This document shows positions 19,003-32,283 of a DNA stretch of 46,343 nucleotides, piece by piece. This DNA is from a virus. The notes under the pieces were generated by a model, which saw nothing but the letters and a program-made list of their open reading frames with translations, had not been told where the DNA came from and made no database searches. The stretch lies in the UHGV virus genome UHGV-0181016; one strand, given 5' to 3'. The position numbers and the translations under genes were made by a program. Every line of letters starts with the position of its first letter. Position 1 is the stretch's first letter.

Positions 19003-19028
19003 AGGGCCATTCGTGGCCCTTTTTTATT
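19003..19028 (+). terminator. intra-operon terminator or attenuator
   Basis: Hairpin AGGGCCA-ttcg-TGGCCCT is followed by TTTTTTATT. Confidence 0.55.
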
Positions 19029-19040
19029 CGAGAGGACACT

Positions 19041-20909
19041 ATGAAAGTACAGCTTAGAACATACCAACAAGAAGCCGTTAATTCTGTTATAGGTCATATT
19101 CGTTCAAGCGTTTCATCGTGCATGATCATCTTGCCTACAGGTTCTGGTAAAAGCGTTGTTGTTGCATCAATAGCCGATTGGGTTTTTAAAAATACTGGCA
19201 AGCGTGTTCTATGTGTTGCCCCAACAAGCGAGTTAGTTGTGCAAAACAGGCAGCGTTATCTTTCTCTAACCGGAGAACCAGCCAGCATGTTCAGTGCGAA
19301 GGCCGGACCAAAGAACCTGCGTCATCCTGTTGTTTTTGGCTCACCAGTTACAATCAAGAACTCAATAGAGATGTTTGGTGATAAGTATGGTGCTGTCATT
19401 ATTGATGAGTGCGATGGAATAACGCCAACCATTAAATTTATTATTAATGAAATGAAGCGTCGCAATCCAAAACTGCGTGTTATTGGAATGACCGCTACGC
19501 CTTATCGCCTTGGAACTGGATACATCTACAAAGAGCACTATCTCGATGGTCCTACAGATGAAGAAACTGCCATTGACCCATATTATGATAAGGTTGTTTA
19601 TGAGCTTGAGGCTAAATTCCTCATTGAAAACGGATACCTTACGCCGCCAGTTACAGAGCCTGTTGTTGATGAATATGATACGTCTTGTCTTGAAAAGGAT
19701 AAGTTGGGTCGGTACACAACAGCTTCAGTTGAAAAAGCGATGGTTGGCAAGGGAAGGAAAACATCACGCATTGTTGAAGATATTATCCGTCGCTCTGTTA
19801 ATCGGCGCGGAACGATGATTTTTGCCAGCACCAAAAAACACGCTATGGAGATAATGGAGTCACTTCCTCCCGGTTCTTATAGTTATGTTTTTGGTGATAT
19901 GCCAACAGCAGATCGCAACAAGGCAATATCAGACTTCAAGGCACAAAAAGTTAAATACATCGTTAACCAGAATATCCTTACTGTGGGGGTGGATGTTCCT
20001 CATTGTGATCATATAGCAGTAATGAGAGCCACAGAATCACCAAGACTGTACCAGCAAATAATTGGCAGAGGGACGCGTCTTTATGAAGGAAAGGAAGATT
20101 TTCTTGTCAGCGATTACGCAGGCAACATTCAGCGTCACTTTTCTGAGACTGGTGACTTGTTCACTCCAGAAATAAAAGCAACAAGGAAAAAACCATCAGT
20201 GCCAATGGATGTTAAATGCCCGTTATGTGGCTTTATCAATGAATTTGGCGTGCGCCCAAACCCGGAAAATTTGGAGGTTGACAAAGAAGGTTACTGGCTT
20301 GATTTGGCTGGTGACAGAGTAATGATTGATATTTTTGATAAATCAGGTGAAAAGATTGGAAGCAAGCCTATGCCTGCTCATTTTGGTAGGCGGTGTAAAA
20401 ACTACGTTATGTACGGGCCGTTAAGGGAAATGCACAGGTGTACTTATAAGTGGTCGGTGAAAGAGTGTCCTGATTGTGGATTTGAAAATGATATAGCGGC
20501 AAGAAACTGCACATCATGCGGCGCTGAAATCATTGATCCAAACCAAAAGCTAAAGGAAGAAGCTGACAGGCTTGATTCTTCTCCTTATGCAACCAAGCAA
20601 TCAAGCGTAACCATGATGAACATCATGAAGCATTATGTTTCAAGTGGCGAGGATTTGGTGCACGTAAAATTTGCTATTGACCAGAAGCCATTTTTTGTTA
20701 GCAAGTTCTATAATCCAAACTCTGAGAAGGAATGGATGAAGAAGGAGTGGGAAGAGTTTTGCGGGAAGTGCTTTGGTGAATATGACATGTCAATTGATGA
20801 TGCAATAGCAAAAAGAGATGAGGCTATCGCGCCATCAGTGATTATGTTCAGAAGAGACAAGGGTAGTAAATATTTCAACGTTAAAGGCATGTATTGGGGG
20901 GTACTATGA
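19041..20909 (+). CDS. SF2 DEAD/DEAH-box helicase with C-terminal zinc ribbons
   Basis: Walker A is ILPTGSGKS and the DExD box is IIDECD. Motifs III to VI are present, and several CxxC pairs sit in the C-terminal third. Confidence 0.75.
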   Translation: MKVQLRTYQQEAVNSVIGHIRSSVSSCMIILPTGSGKSVVVASIADWVFKNTGKRVLCVAPTSELVVQNRQRYLSLTGEPASMFSAKAGPKNLRHPVVFGSPVTIKNSIEMFGDKYGAVIIDECDGITPTIKFIINEMKRRNPKLRVIGMTATPYRLGTGYIYKEHYLDGPTDEETAIDPYYDKVVYELEAKFLIENGYLTPPVTEPVVDEYDTSCLEKDKLGRYTTASVEKAMVGKGRKTSRIVEDIIRRSVNRRGTMIFASTKKHAMEIMESLPPGSYSYVFGDMPTADRNKAISDFKAQKVKYIVNQNILTVGVDVPHCDHIAVMRATESPRLYQQIIGRGTRLYEGKEDFLVSDYAGNIQRHFSETGDLFTPEIKATRKKPSVPMDVKCPLCGFINEFGVRPNPENLEVDKEGYWLDLAGDRVMIDIFDKSGEKIGSKPMPAHFGRRCKNYVMYGPLREMHRCTYKWSVKECPDCGFENDIAARNCTSCGAEIIDPNQKLKEEADRLDSSPYATKQSSVTMMNIMKHYVSSGEDLVHVKFAIDQKPFFVSKFYNPNSEKEWMKKEWEEFCGKCFGEYDMSIDDAIAKRDEAIAPSVIMFRRDKGSKYFNVKGMYWGVL

Positions 20910-21361
20910 TTTTTCCAGAAGGCGTTAAGGTATATGGCGATTTAGATTACAGAAACAAAAAGTGCCCGTCAGAAGATGCTGAGCTGGAGACTTTTGTTAA
21001 TCAGATAAGGGAGCTATATCCTGACTTTGCAAGAGTTATGATTCATGTACCAAATGAAGGAAAGCGTAAAGGGTATGAAGTTGAAAACCTGAAGAAAAAA
21101 GGCGCGCTAAACTTCGGGGCGTCAGACATCATCATCATAGGAAAGCAATCATTCGTTATGGAGATGAAAAGAATGGATCATACTTTATCAAAATGGCAGC
21201 CCGGTCAAATGGCATACCTAAAGGCGGCAAAAGAATTAGGTTCCTTCGCGTGTGTATGCCTTGGTTGGGAAGCTGCAATGATGGCATTTAACGACTGGAG
21301 AGCAATGAATTACCCAAACTATAAGAAACCATCAGAGCCATTGATATTTGATGGTTTTTAG
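20894..21361 (+). CDS. VRR-NUC domain nuclease
   Basis: The PD-(D/E)xK-type VRR-NUC signature reads MIHVPNEGKRKG...GASDIIIIGK...EMKR. Confidence 0.7.
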   Translation: MGGTMIFPEGVKVYGDLDYRNKKCPSEDAELETFVNQIRELYPDFARVMIHVPNEGKRKGYEVENLKKKGALNFGASDIIIIGKQSFVMEMKRMDHTLSKWQPGQMAYLKAAKELGSFACVCLGWEAAMMAFNDWRAMNYPNYKKPSEPLIFDGF

Positions 21362-21479
21362 CAACCATGCCAGCAATCAGGCCAGCAACCGCAATGACAA
21401 CAACAGCAACCAAAAACAACAAAGCCCACAAGGAGGCAATGAGCCTCCGATGGACTTCGACGATTCAATACCCTTCTGA
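21351..21479 (+). CDS. orphan micro-ORF of 42 aa encoding only an SSB-like C-terminal tail
   Basis: The translation MVFSNHASNQASNRNDNNSNQKQQSPQGGNEPPMDFDDSIPF ends in the SSB-Ct motif. It parallels the SSB tail NEPPIDFDSDVPF. It overlaps the VRR-NUC 3-prime end in the +1 frame. Confidence 0.3.
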   Translation: MVFSNHASNQASNRNDNNSNQKQQSPQGGNEPPMDFDDSIPF

Positions 21480-21489
21480 TGATAAAACT

Positions 21490-21517
21490 AACCCCGCATA
21501 AGCGGGGTTTTTGTTTA
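21490..21517. terminator. bidirectional terminator
   Basis: Hairpin AACCCCGC-ataa-GCGGGGTT is followed by TTTTGTTT. Confidence 0.65.
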
Positions 21518-23929
21518 CACCGTGTACCCTGTGACTATAAAGCGCTGCTTTCCGGTACTGTTAGTGCGTACTACAATCTCTGTATTACTAACTACACATT
21601 CCACCGTAAATTCTGCTGTAGCACCCAAATTCAGAGTATACGTACCATTACCTGTACCAGTGCTGTAACTGCGTGCTGTACTGCCAGAATCAGTGAATGC
21701 AATAGTAGTTGCGCTACTGCTCTTGCTGATTGTGAAGCGCGTCAGAAGTGTGCCAGACGCCCCGTTGCTAATCTGGAAGTACCGCGTACCCTCAGCTATA
21801 TTCTGCACAGTGGGTAGGCCCACACGGAAGAGAACTTGTGTCTGAGCAGAGATACCGTCGTAACCTACGCGGTTGATGCCTGCAGCATTCAAGAGATGAC
21901 CGCAATCAAGCTCAGTACCCGATAAGATGTTGCCAGTGCAAGTCCCTGCATCATACATACCAGGGTTGGATGATGGGTTAGTCAGACGGCAGCGAGTCTT
22001 CGAGTTAAACTTATTATCAGCTACGATAAGGTTCATATTCGAGTATTGCGTGTTATTGCTTGCATAGTCGGTGAGCACGGTAAGGTCGCCGAACAAGCCA
22101 CGGTTGCGGGATATATCCAGAGTCCCAGTGAAGCCACCACCCCCAGCTTGGGAACCATTATTCAACTGCACAAACCCTTGAACCAAGGCATCAGGCAGGT
22201 CAAAGGTATTGTCTGTAACCGTAATCTGCTGACGGAAGTTGTATGGGTATACCGAAACGCGTACAAAGTTAGTGCTGGTATTAGCTGGGGACGAGAAGTG
22301 GCAACCAGAAACAACCACGTTAGTTAGTGGCGTACCATTTGCGACATAATTAAGCGTGATTAGTTCAATATCACAGTTATGGATATGCACATATCTATTT
22401 CCATACACCAACGGGCCAACCTGAGGAGAGCCTACCCAGTCACGAGTTTCTACGAACAGGAACGTACCCCTGGAGTTGGCAAGCGTAATATCCGGGAACA
22501 GGCCCTGCATTACACTGACGTAATTACGGCGATAGAACCAACGCTTGTTAGTGCTACTGTACTGGTGTGCTTCTTTGATCTTGTGTGGAACCATGAGGCA
22601 TGAGTTCCACCCCATGCAGTCCTCAATAGTGATATCACTCTCTTGAACAAGGTGTGCTTTGTTGTAGATGTCATACATTTCCAGGGTAGCAGAGGAACGG
22701 CATTTAACACCCTTTTGGTATCCCTTGTAATGACTGAGTGACCAGCATGTGACAAGAGCCATAGCAGTATATCCATTAGACCCATCTGCCCAAAAAGAAT
22801 CATCATTAATAATTGAGTAATCATGAATAGACACATTCTTCATAGCCGAACGCATTTGTGCTTCATAGAGATTTTCGTTAACAGCACCTATTTGTATAAA
22901 TGTGCCTGCCATGTTGTGGACTGTGAAATTTGAAATTTCTATTGTCTCACATGGGAAATCACGTGTAAGAAGCAGGAAATCGTAAGGACTCTCTGCATGG
23001 AAGTGCGTTAGTGAAATGCTGTCACAGCCATAGGTTACTTCTTCAGGGTTTACGTTTAGTGGGCCAATGGCGGTAAATAACTCAACTCGGCCAGTTGTAG
23101 TGAACTTGGTAGCTCTTACAGATTTTATCTTGGTTGCCACACTATCTTTCACACCAACGAACCGTGGTCTGATGGAAGTATCCTCACTACCACGGAGAAT
23201 GAAATCTTCACCAGTAAAGTATCCATCGGTAGCTAAGTAGAAGTTATACCCACTACCTGGATACACCTCACCATTACCCCATAGATTAAGAAACGTCACT
23301 GTGAGGTTCATATCATCAGGGAGATAAACAGCGCTTCCCATTAAGTTAAGATTGACCCCACCAAATTTAGATTCCATAGCTTGTAGGGCGACCTTGTTAT
23401 TGGCTGCAGAGAGGGGGTCACCATAGGAACCACCAAAAGCTGATATGTCGCCATTTTTCCATGATAGGTATTCGTAAGCAGATGCTATTTGAAACTTATG
23501 TCCGCTATGATTAATGTGTGATGTCCCTGTGCTTGATGCCAACTGAGTCCTTAACGCAGCATCACCAACACTAACCCACGCACCCAATCTAACCTCACCA
23601 GTGCTGTCTGGAGTTGAACCGGCTGGCACTACTTTGGGAAACTCACCATCCCAGCGGTAATATTCTCCGTTAGCTTCATAACGCAAAACCTGATTAGGCA
23701 GCGTCAGTGTTGCGCCATCTTCAAAACTATCCATCGTGATGTAACCATAATTACGGATAGCCTCTTCTGCGGTGTACTGAAATCCTGCGATAGTAAATCG
23801 GCGCACGCCGAAGCGGTCGGTATAGTAGTGGTTGTCGCCACTTACAACCTCGTCAATCTTCCCGGCATTAAACTTAAGGTCGCGCGGGTCTTCTGACGGG
23901 ATTGGCTTATTGGTTGGTACGGTAGCCAT
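21515..23929 (-). CDS. tailspike or tail fibre with a beta-helix (pectate-lyase-like) depolymerase domain
   Basis: 804 aa, the last gene of the tail module. Long beta-rich repeats with many NxT/G motifs look like a right-handed beta-helix. Confidence 0.65.
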   Translation of the reverse strand: MATVPTNKPIPSEDPRDLKFNAGKIDEVVSGDNHYYTDRFGVRRFTIAGFQYTAEEAIRNYGYITMDSFEDGATLTLPNQVLRYEANGEYYRWDGEFPKVVPAGSTPDSTGEVRLGAWVSVGDAALRTQLASSTGTSHINHSGHKFQIASAYEYLSWKNGDISAFGGSYGDPLSAANNKVALQAMESKFGGVNLNLMGSAVYLPDDMNLTVTFLNLWGNGEVYPGSGYNFYLATDGYFTGEDFILRGSEDTSIRPRFVGVKDSVATKIKSVRATKFTTTGRVELFTAIGPLNVNPEEVTYGCDSISLTHFHAESPYDFLLLTRDFPCETIEISNFTVHNMAGTFIQIGAVNENLYEAQMRSAMKNVSIHDYSIINDDSFWADGSNGYTAMALVTCWSLSHYKGYQKGVKCRSSATLEMYDIYNKAHLVQESDITIEDCMGWNSCLMVPHKIKEAHQYSSTNKRWFYRRNYVSVMQGLFPDITLANSRGTFLFVETRDWVGSPQVGPLVYGNRYVHIHNCDIELITLNYVANGTPLTNVVVSGCHFSSPANTSTNFVRVSVYPYNFRQQITVTDNTFDLPDALVQGFVQLNNGSQAGGGGFTGTLDISRNRGLFGDLTVLTDYASNNTQYSNMNLIVADNKFNSKTRCRLTNPSSNPGMYDAGTCTGNILSGTELDCGHLLNAAGINRVGYDGISAQTQVLFRVGLPTVQNIAEGTRYFQISNGASGTLLTRFTISKSSSATTIAFTDSGSTARSYSTGTGNGTYTLNLGATAEFTVECVVSNTEIVVRTNSTGKQRFIVTGYTV

Positions 23930-23968
23930 TATAATAAATGCTCCTTTGTGAATTTGATGTATATTGTA

Positions 23969-27767
<3,799 letters not shown>

Positions 27768-27908
27768 GTGAAATCCTCTTTACTTTGTTGGTGTATTTTA
27801 GCACGTAGACCATTAGAGTTATTTATCGTCACGATAATGACTTGGATTTGAAGCATTCGCATTTTAAATGGATACTAAGTTTGCTAACAAAATATGAGGG
27901 ATTTAATC

Positions 27909-28076
27909 ATGGATTACCATAAACTGATTACTGCATTTATCAATAATGGCCTCAACGAAAAAGATGCATTTGATGCTGCATATGCGTACAGAAACTGTGA
28001 TCTCATGCTTGAAGGTGATTCGCAAGAAGACTATGACGAAGCAGTAAAGGAAGAAATTAGTTGCTGGGAAGCATGA
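27909..28076 (+). CDS. moron. A small acidic protein of 55 aa encoded opposite the tail operon.
   Basis: GAGGGA lies 9 nt upstream of the ATG at 27909. It has its own terminator. It is strongly acidic with D/E-rich DNA-mimic-like composition. Confidence 0.45.
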   Translation: MDYHKLITAFINNGLNEKDAFDAAYAYRNCDLMLEGDSQEDYDEAVKEEISCWEA

Positions 28077-28080
28077 TGAC

Positions 28081-28105
28081 AAAGCCCCTTTCGGGGCTTT
28101 TCTCA
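28081..28105 (+). terminator. terminator with the AAAGCCCCTTTCGGGGCTTT family hairpin
   Basis: The hairpin and T-run are identical to the hairpin at 32485. Confidence 0.6.
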
Positions 28106-31012
28106 TTCCGTTGCTCGTCTGTTAGTATTGTAGTTTCTTGAGATGGCTTGCCCTATCGGGCCATTTTCCGAAATATCGCTCACAATCGTCTCAATAGTCA
28201 CGCTGCCGTCACCATTATCTCTGGCGCTGCTGCTAACCTGCGCTGAGCTATTATTGATAATGCTATTATAAACCACGACACCACTGCCACCTCCGGTAAG
28301 GTCTTTATTGCTGATAACACGACCACTATCGCCCGGTATCATGTACTGATGACCGTTTGATGCCTGGAATATCTCTGGGAGGTTATTCTCGCCCACCCTG
28401 TACATCGAGCCTTCCTGAGCTGGTCCACCATTTTTCAGCGCGCCAGCAATGGATAACGTTTTTGCAAGACCAACTGTGGCAGATATGCCAGCCATAGCTG
28501 GCGCGGAGTTTGTGCCAGCAGTTGCAAGAGATGTCATTGCTGCTGCTGGAGCCATCGCCGCCGATATCGCTGCCGCCTGAGCTATTGTCGCCGCAGAAGC
28601 TGCGCTCATTCCTGCTGCACCCATGATGGCTGACTTGGCCCAGTCTATACCCATTTGCACAAACGCATTGATAACACTTGACAGGATGTTTGAGCCAATT
28701 GAGCGCAGAGCTTCTGATACAGACATTGAGCCAGTGAGGATGCCAGTTAACGCGTTTCCAGCAGTCTGACCGAAAGCATCAAACGCCGCCGCCGCCGCTT
28801 GTGTGGCTGCGTTTTGCTGACTCCACTCCTGCCACATGGCTTCAATTCTTTGCTGTCTGTACTGCTCTTCAATTGCAGCTCTTGTTTGCTGTATCTCTGC
28901 CATCTTTTGCGGGTACGCTTTGGCATAAGCATCCAAATCAGCCATATCCTTCTGATAGGATGTTTCTACAGCAAACATTGGTGAGGTTTGCGATTTTAGT
29001 GCGCTGTATCCTTTTGCGGCATCTATCCTTTTCTTCTCCGCTTCAGCCTGTTCCTTCAGCGCATTCTTCTGGTCCCAAATCTTAGCTGCGTACTCACCGG
29101 CAAGTTTTATCTGCTCCTGAGTGGCAGCCTTGCCAAGCGATTGCTGCGCGTTAAGAATGGCTTGCTCGCGGGATAGTTCCTTTGTTGATTCTGCCTGACC
29201 AGCAAGCAAAGCCTCATCCCGAAGTTTATTTAATTTCTGCTGGATGGTTTCCTGTTGCTTTAATTCCGTTTTTAGCTGGTTGTTTGCATTGCGCTCGTCC
29301 CTTGCCGCTTGTGCATTTTTCTCCTGCTGACGATATGTCTCAAGTCTGACATTGTAATATTCACGAAACGCAGCGGTATTCTGCTTTAATCCCTGCGCCT
29401 CCGCATCACGCCACGCCTGAGCTTTTAGCTTTTCATCGCCAGTTTGCTTCTCAATAAATAATGTCTGGCGAGCAGTTTGTAGCGCCTTATCCTGACTTGA
29501 TGTCAAGGAGTCTGTCATCTCCTTGAGAGCCTTCAGGCGCATTGTTGCATCGGTTGTTGTTGTGGCAATTTCCAGCAAACGGGCAGCATACTCTCTTGCC
29601 TTTTGCGCGCCAGATGACTGTCCCTCGCCTACCTTTTGCAGAGTAACAATTAACTCATTAAGTTTTTCATTGCTCGGGTTTTTGGCAATCTCTGAAAGCT
29701 GCTTAGCAAATTCAAATGCCTGCTGGTCGGTCAGGTCAAAGCGACTTGCCAATGCACCAACGGTAGCAATCATGTTATTCATCGTAGATTGCCCGGCAAG
29801 TCCGGCTGATGCAGCCTGCTTCATTGCCTCACTGAAATCATTGGTGGTGATATTCAGCATTGAGAGGTAATCGTTGAATGATTTAACGCTGACGTTTGCA
29901 CCAGCAAAAGATGCAAAAAGCCTGTCGCCAAAGGTGACGAACTCACCAGATGCCTTTGATACTTCTTTCGATACTTTAGAAAGGGCCGCTGAAAGTTCAA
30001 GTTGCGCTTGCTGGCGCATCAGTGTTGCAACTGTTGTGTTGGCTTTTGCCAGTGCCGCAAACTTATCTGAGTATGCCGCTACACCATTGCTTGAAACGCT
30101 GATAACCTGATCCATTGCTGAAATGGCATCCTTCATTGCATCAATGGCATTCTTTCCATTGCTCAGCGATGCCATCAGAGAGCCAGCAATAACTGTCGCA
30201 ATTGTCAATACTGCGCCAGCTACCGGACTGAATACTGAGGCTAGCTGCGAACCCTGTTGACTGAATGCAACAAGCGCAGACTGCCCACCTTGAACCTGAA
30301 CAATAAAGTCCTGAACCTGATAGCCACCCTGCTGTAGTGCGTTCCTGAATCCGTTTGTGGATTTACCAGCCGACTCTGTACCGTTTTTCATGTCGTACAG
30401 GCGACCAGTAAGCTCAGCAATCTTGGACTTTTGCGCGTCAGTTGCGCCATCTCCAGCTCTGAGTTGCGCCGCAAGAATGGCTGCGCTTCGTGCGCCGTTT
30501 TCCATTTGCTCTTCAAGAATGGCAACCTGATTGCCGAGGCTTTCAATTAATCTTTCTGTGCCAGATATGCTTGCGCCAGCGCCGCCAGTTGATGTACCAA
30601 GTTCACGAATAGCAGTCGTAACGGCATTAATTGAGGTTTCCAGTCTGCCAGTAGAAACAGCGGCTTGTTGCTGTTGCTGCTGCATCATAGCCAGTTGCTG
30701 ATTTAGCGCGTCGATGACCTGATTTGCTGACTCAGCAGATTGCGATGTTGATTTGACGGCGCTTGTCGCACCATCACTGGAAGCTGCCATCTTGCTGAGT
30801 GTGGCATCAATGCTTTTAACCACGGAGACAAGGGATGAGAATGCTTTGCCAGTTGAATCAGCTTGTCCGTCAAGTTTATTTAAATTCTTCGTGGAGCCAC
30901 TTACAGCAGAATCAAATTTTGACAATTCTGATTCCGCTGAACTTGTGCCAGCTTTAAGCCCGGATACATCCATCCCAACTTCATAGACAATTCCGCCGAC
31001 TTCTTCAGCCAT
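28103..31012 (-). CDS. tail tape measure protein
   Basis: 969 aa, very Ala/Gln/Ser-rich with extensive coiled coil. It lies between the chaperone and the M homologue. Confidence 0.85.
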   Translation of the reverse strand: MAEEVGGIVYEVGMDVSGLKAGTSSAESELSKFDSAVSGSTKNLNKLDGQADSTGKAFSSLVSVVKSIDATLSKMAASSDGATSAVKSTSQSAESANQVIDALNQQLAMMQQQQQQAAVSTGRLETSINAVTTAIRELGTSTGGAGASISGTERLIESLGNQVAILEEQMENGARSAAILAAQLRAGDGATDAQKSKIAELTGRLYDMKNGTESAGKSTNGFRNALQQGGYQVQDFIVQVQGGQSALVAFSQQGSQLASVFSPVAGAVLTIATVIAGSLMASLSNGKNAIDAMKDAISAMDQVISVSSNGVAAYSDKFAALAKANTTVATLMRQQAQLELSAALSKVSKEVSKASGEFVTFGDRLFASFAGANVSVKSFNDYLSMLNITTNDFSEAMKQAASAGLAGQSTMNNMIATVGALASRFDLTDQQAFEFAKQLSEIAKNPSNEKLNELIVTLQKVGEGQSSGAQKAREYAARLLEIATTTTDATMRLKALKEMTDSLTSSQDKALQTARQTLFIEKQTGDEKLKAQAWRDAEAQGLKQNTAAFREYYNVRLETYRQQEKNAQAARDERNANNQLKTELKQQETIQQKLNKLRDEALLAGQAESTKELSREQAILNAQQSLGKAATQEQIKLAGEYAAKIWDQKNALKEQAEAEKKRIDAAKGYSALKSQTSPMFAVETSYQKDMADLDAYAKAYPQKMAEIQQTRAAIEEQYRQQRIEAMWQEWSQQNAATQAAAAAFDAFGQTAGNALTGILTGSMSVSEALRSIGSNILSSVINAFVQMGIDWAKSAIMGAAGMSAASAATIAQAAAISAAMAPAAAMTSLATAGTNSAPAMAGISATVGLAKTLSIAGALKNGGPAQEGSMYRVGENNLPEIFQASNGHQYMIPGDSGRVISNKDLTGGGSGVVVYNSIINNSSAQVSSSARDNGDGSVTIETIVSDISENGPIGQAISRNYNTNRRATE

Positions 31013-31728
31013 TATGTATTCCTCGCTTTTTTCGCTTTGCGTTCAGCCAGTGCCTTCATGCGCTCGCGGTCTGCTTTAGCCTGATCGTACTCTGCTGCGC
31101 GCTCTTCTTTCGTTAACCCTTTCGGCTCTGGATATTTATTCTTAATCATCATCTGAAACTCTGTCATAGACAGGTTTTCAGCCTCATCTCGCGTCATATC
31201 GAAATGCGTACGAGCCGAAATGATGTATTGCGACGCATGAAACTCATTTGTGGTTTTCCTACCCTGCTCTTCCAGACGCTCTGGCACTTTGAGCGGTGAC
31301 TTACCGATGATGCCATGCTGCATCAGGTTGCGCGCAATAATAATAATGTCGCTCACTGGCATGATACCAGGCACATATCGAACACCGCGCTGAGTTGGCT
31401 TCCATCCACCAATCAGCACAGAAATATCATCTTCACAGCATGACTGCATAACGATATAGGCTGCGCTCAGTACGTGGCGACCATAAACGGGCTTGCTGAT
31501 AGTTTTCATAACCTGCATCTGAGCGCCAAATGGCAGGTATTCGACGTGCTGCAATGGCGCAACATAATCAATGCCATTGAGCTTAGCGTACACCTCGACG
31601 ATTTCTTTTGGTGTGCCGATTTCATTCATGGCGCGGAATGATGGCTTAAAGAAAAAACTCCTGTCGGAAAGCGAGATGCGCATCTCTCCGATTTCTGTTA
31701 GTGGCGTGCGATTGCTCATGTTTTGCAT
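31012..31728 (-). CDS. tail assembly chaperone (G/GT-position gene)
   Basis: It lies between the major tail and tape measure genes and has a basic C-terminus. Confidence 0.45.
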   Translation of the reverse strand: MQNMSNRTPLTEIGEMRISLSDRSFFFKPSFRAMNEIGTPKEIVEVYAKLNGIDYVAPLQHVEYLPFGAQMQVMKTISKPVYGRHVLSAAYIVMQSCCEDDISVLIGGWKPTQRGVRYVPGIMPVSDIIIIARNLMQHGIIGKSPLKVPERLEEQGRKTTNEFHASQYIISARTHFDMTRDEAENLSMTEFQMMIKNKYPEPKGLTKEERAAEYDQAKADRERMKALAERKAKKARNT

Positions 31729-31768
31729 CCTGAATTTGACTGATGTTGATTATATCATCTCAGTGGTG

Positions 31769-31797
31769 TTGACACCTGTTAGGTGGTGATGTAGATT
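31769..31797 (+). promoter_or_regulatory. family promoter, TTGACA-N17-TAGATT
   Basis: The sequence reads gtgTTGACAcctgttaggtggtgatgTAGATT. Confidence 0.55.
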
Positions 31798-31836
31798 CAA
31801 GTCATCGAAACGAGTGATGAATGAATGAGGTGAGTT

Positions 31837-32130
31837 ATGAAAATTAAAATGTTGATTGCGTCTGCACTATTGGTTTCTTCTTTCTCTGCTGTCGCAACAT
31901 CAGAGGTGTGCAAGAACATTGGCGACATCGCATTAAACACGGCTGAAGTTCGCGATAATGGCGTCAGTAAAAATCTTGCAGAGGTGGTAGTAAAAGGCTC
32001 GGCAAAAAACAATGAATCAGCAGAAATAATCGGCCTTGCTATCGTAGAAATGGTTTATGCGCGCAAGGATATGACAAAAGAGCAATTGCGTGATGTGGCT
32101 GTTTCTTTGTGCGAAAAGCAAGGGATGTAA
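31837..32130 (+). CDS. secreted (signal-peptide) moron protein, 97 aa
   Basis: The N-terminus MKIKMLIASALLVSSFSAVATSE is a Sec signal with an AVA cleavage site. There is a single Cys pair. Confidence 0.5.
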   Translation: MKIKMLIASALLVSSFSAVATSEVCKNIGDIALNTAEVRDNGVSKNLAEVVVKGSAKNNESAEIIGLAIVEMVYARKDMTKEQLRDVAVSLCEKQGM

Positions 32131-32139
32131 GGCTCTGCC

Positions 32140-32283
32140 ATGAACGAGCAAACAAAAGCTGACCTGATTTTCTACACTGAACTGTATGTTGATGCGGGTT
32201 ACGATTACGAAGAAGCTGAACGCATGGCGAAAGATTTGCTTCGTGTGATTGGTGTGATTTTTGATGAGGATAAGGTGATATGA
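32140..32283 (+). CDS. hypothetical acidic protein, 47 aa
   Basis: AAGG lies 7 nt upstream. An ATGA overlap joins it to the next gene. Confidence 0.35.
   Translation: MNEQTKADLIFYTELYVDAGYDYEEAERMAKDLLRVIGVIFDEDKVI

Noticed and set aside
19510-19834. ORFs 19510-19818 (+) and 19598-19834 (-) inside the helicase gene
   Set aside because: They sit inside a 622-aa gene with clear SF2 motifs. They are spurious alternative-frame ORFs.
28747-30986. Several 60 to 115-aa ORFs on both strands inside the tape measure gene
   Set aside because: They sit inside a 969-aa gene with a continuous coiled-coil frame. GC-skewed Ala-rich coding generates long antisense and out-of-frame ORFs by chance.
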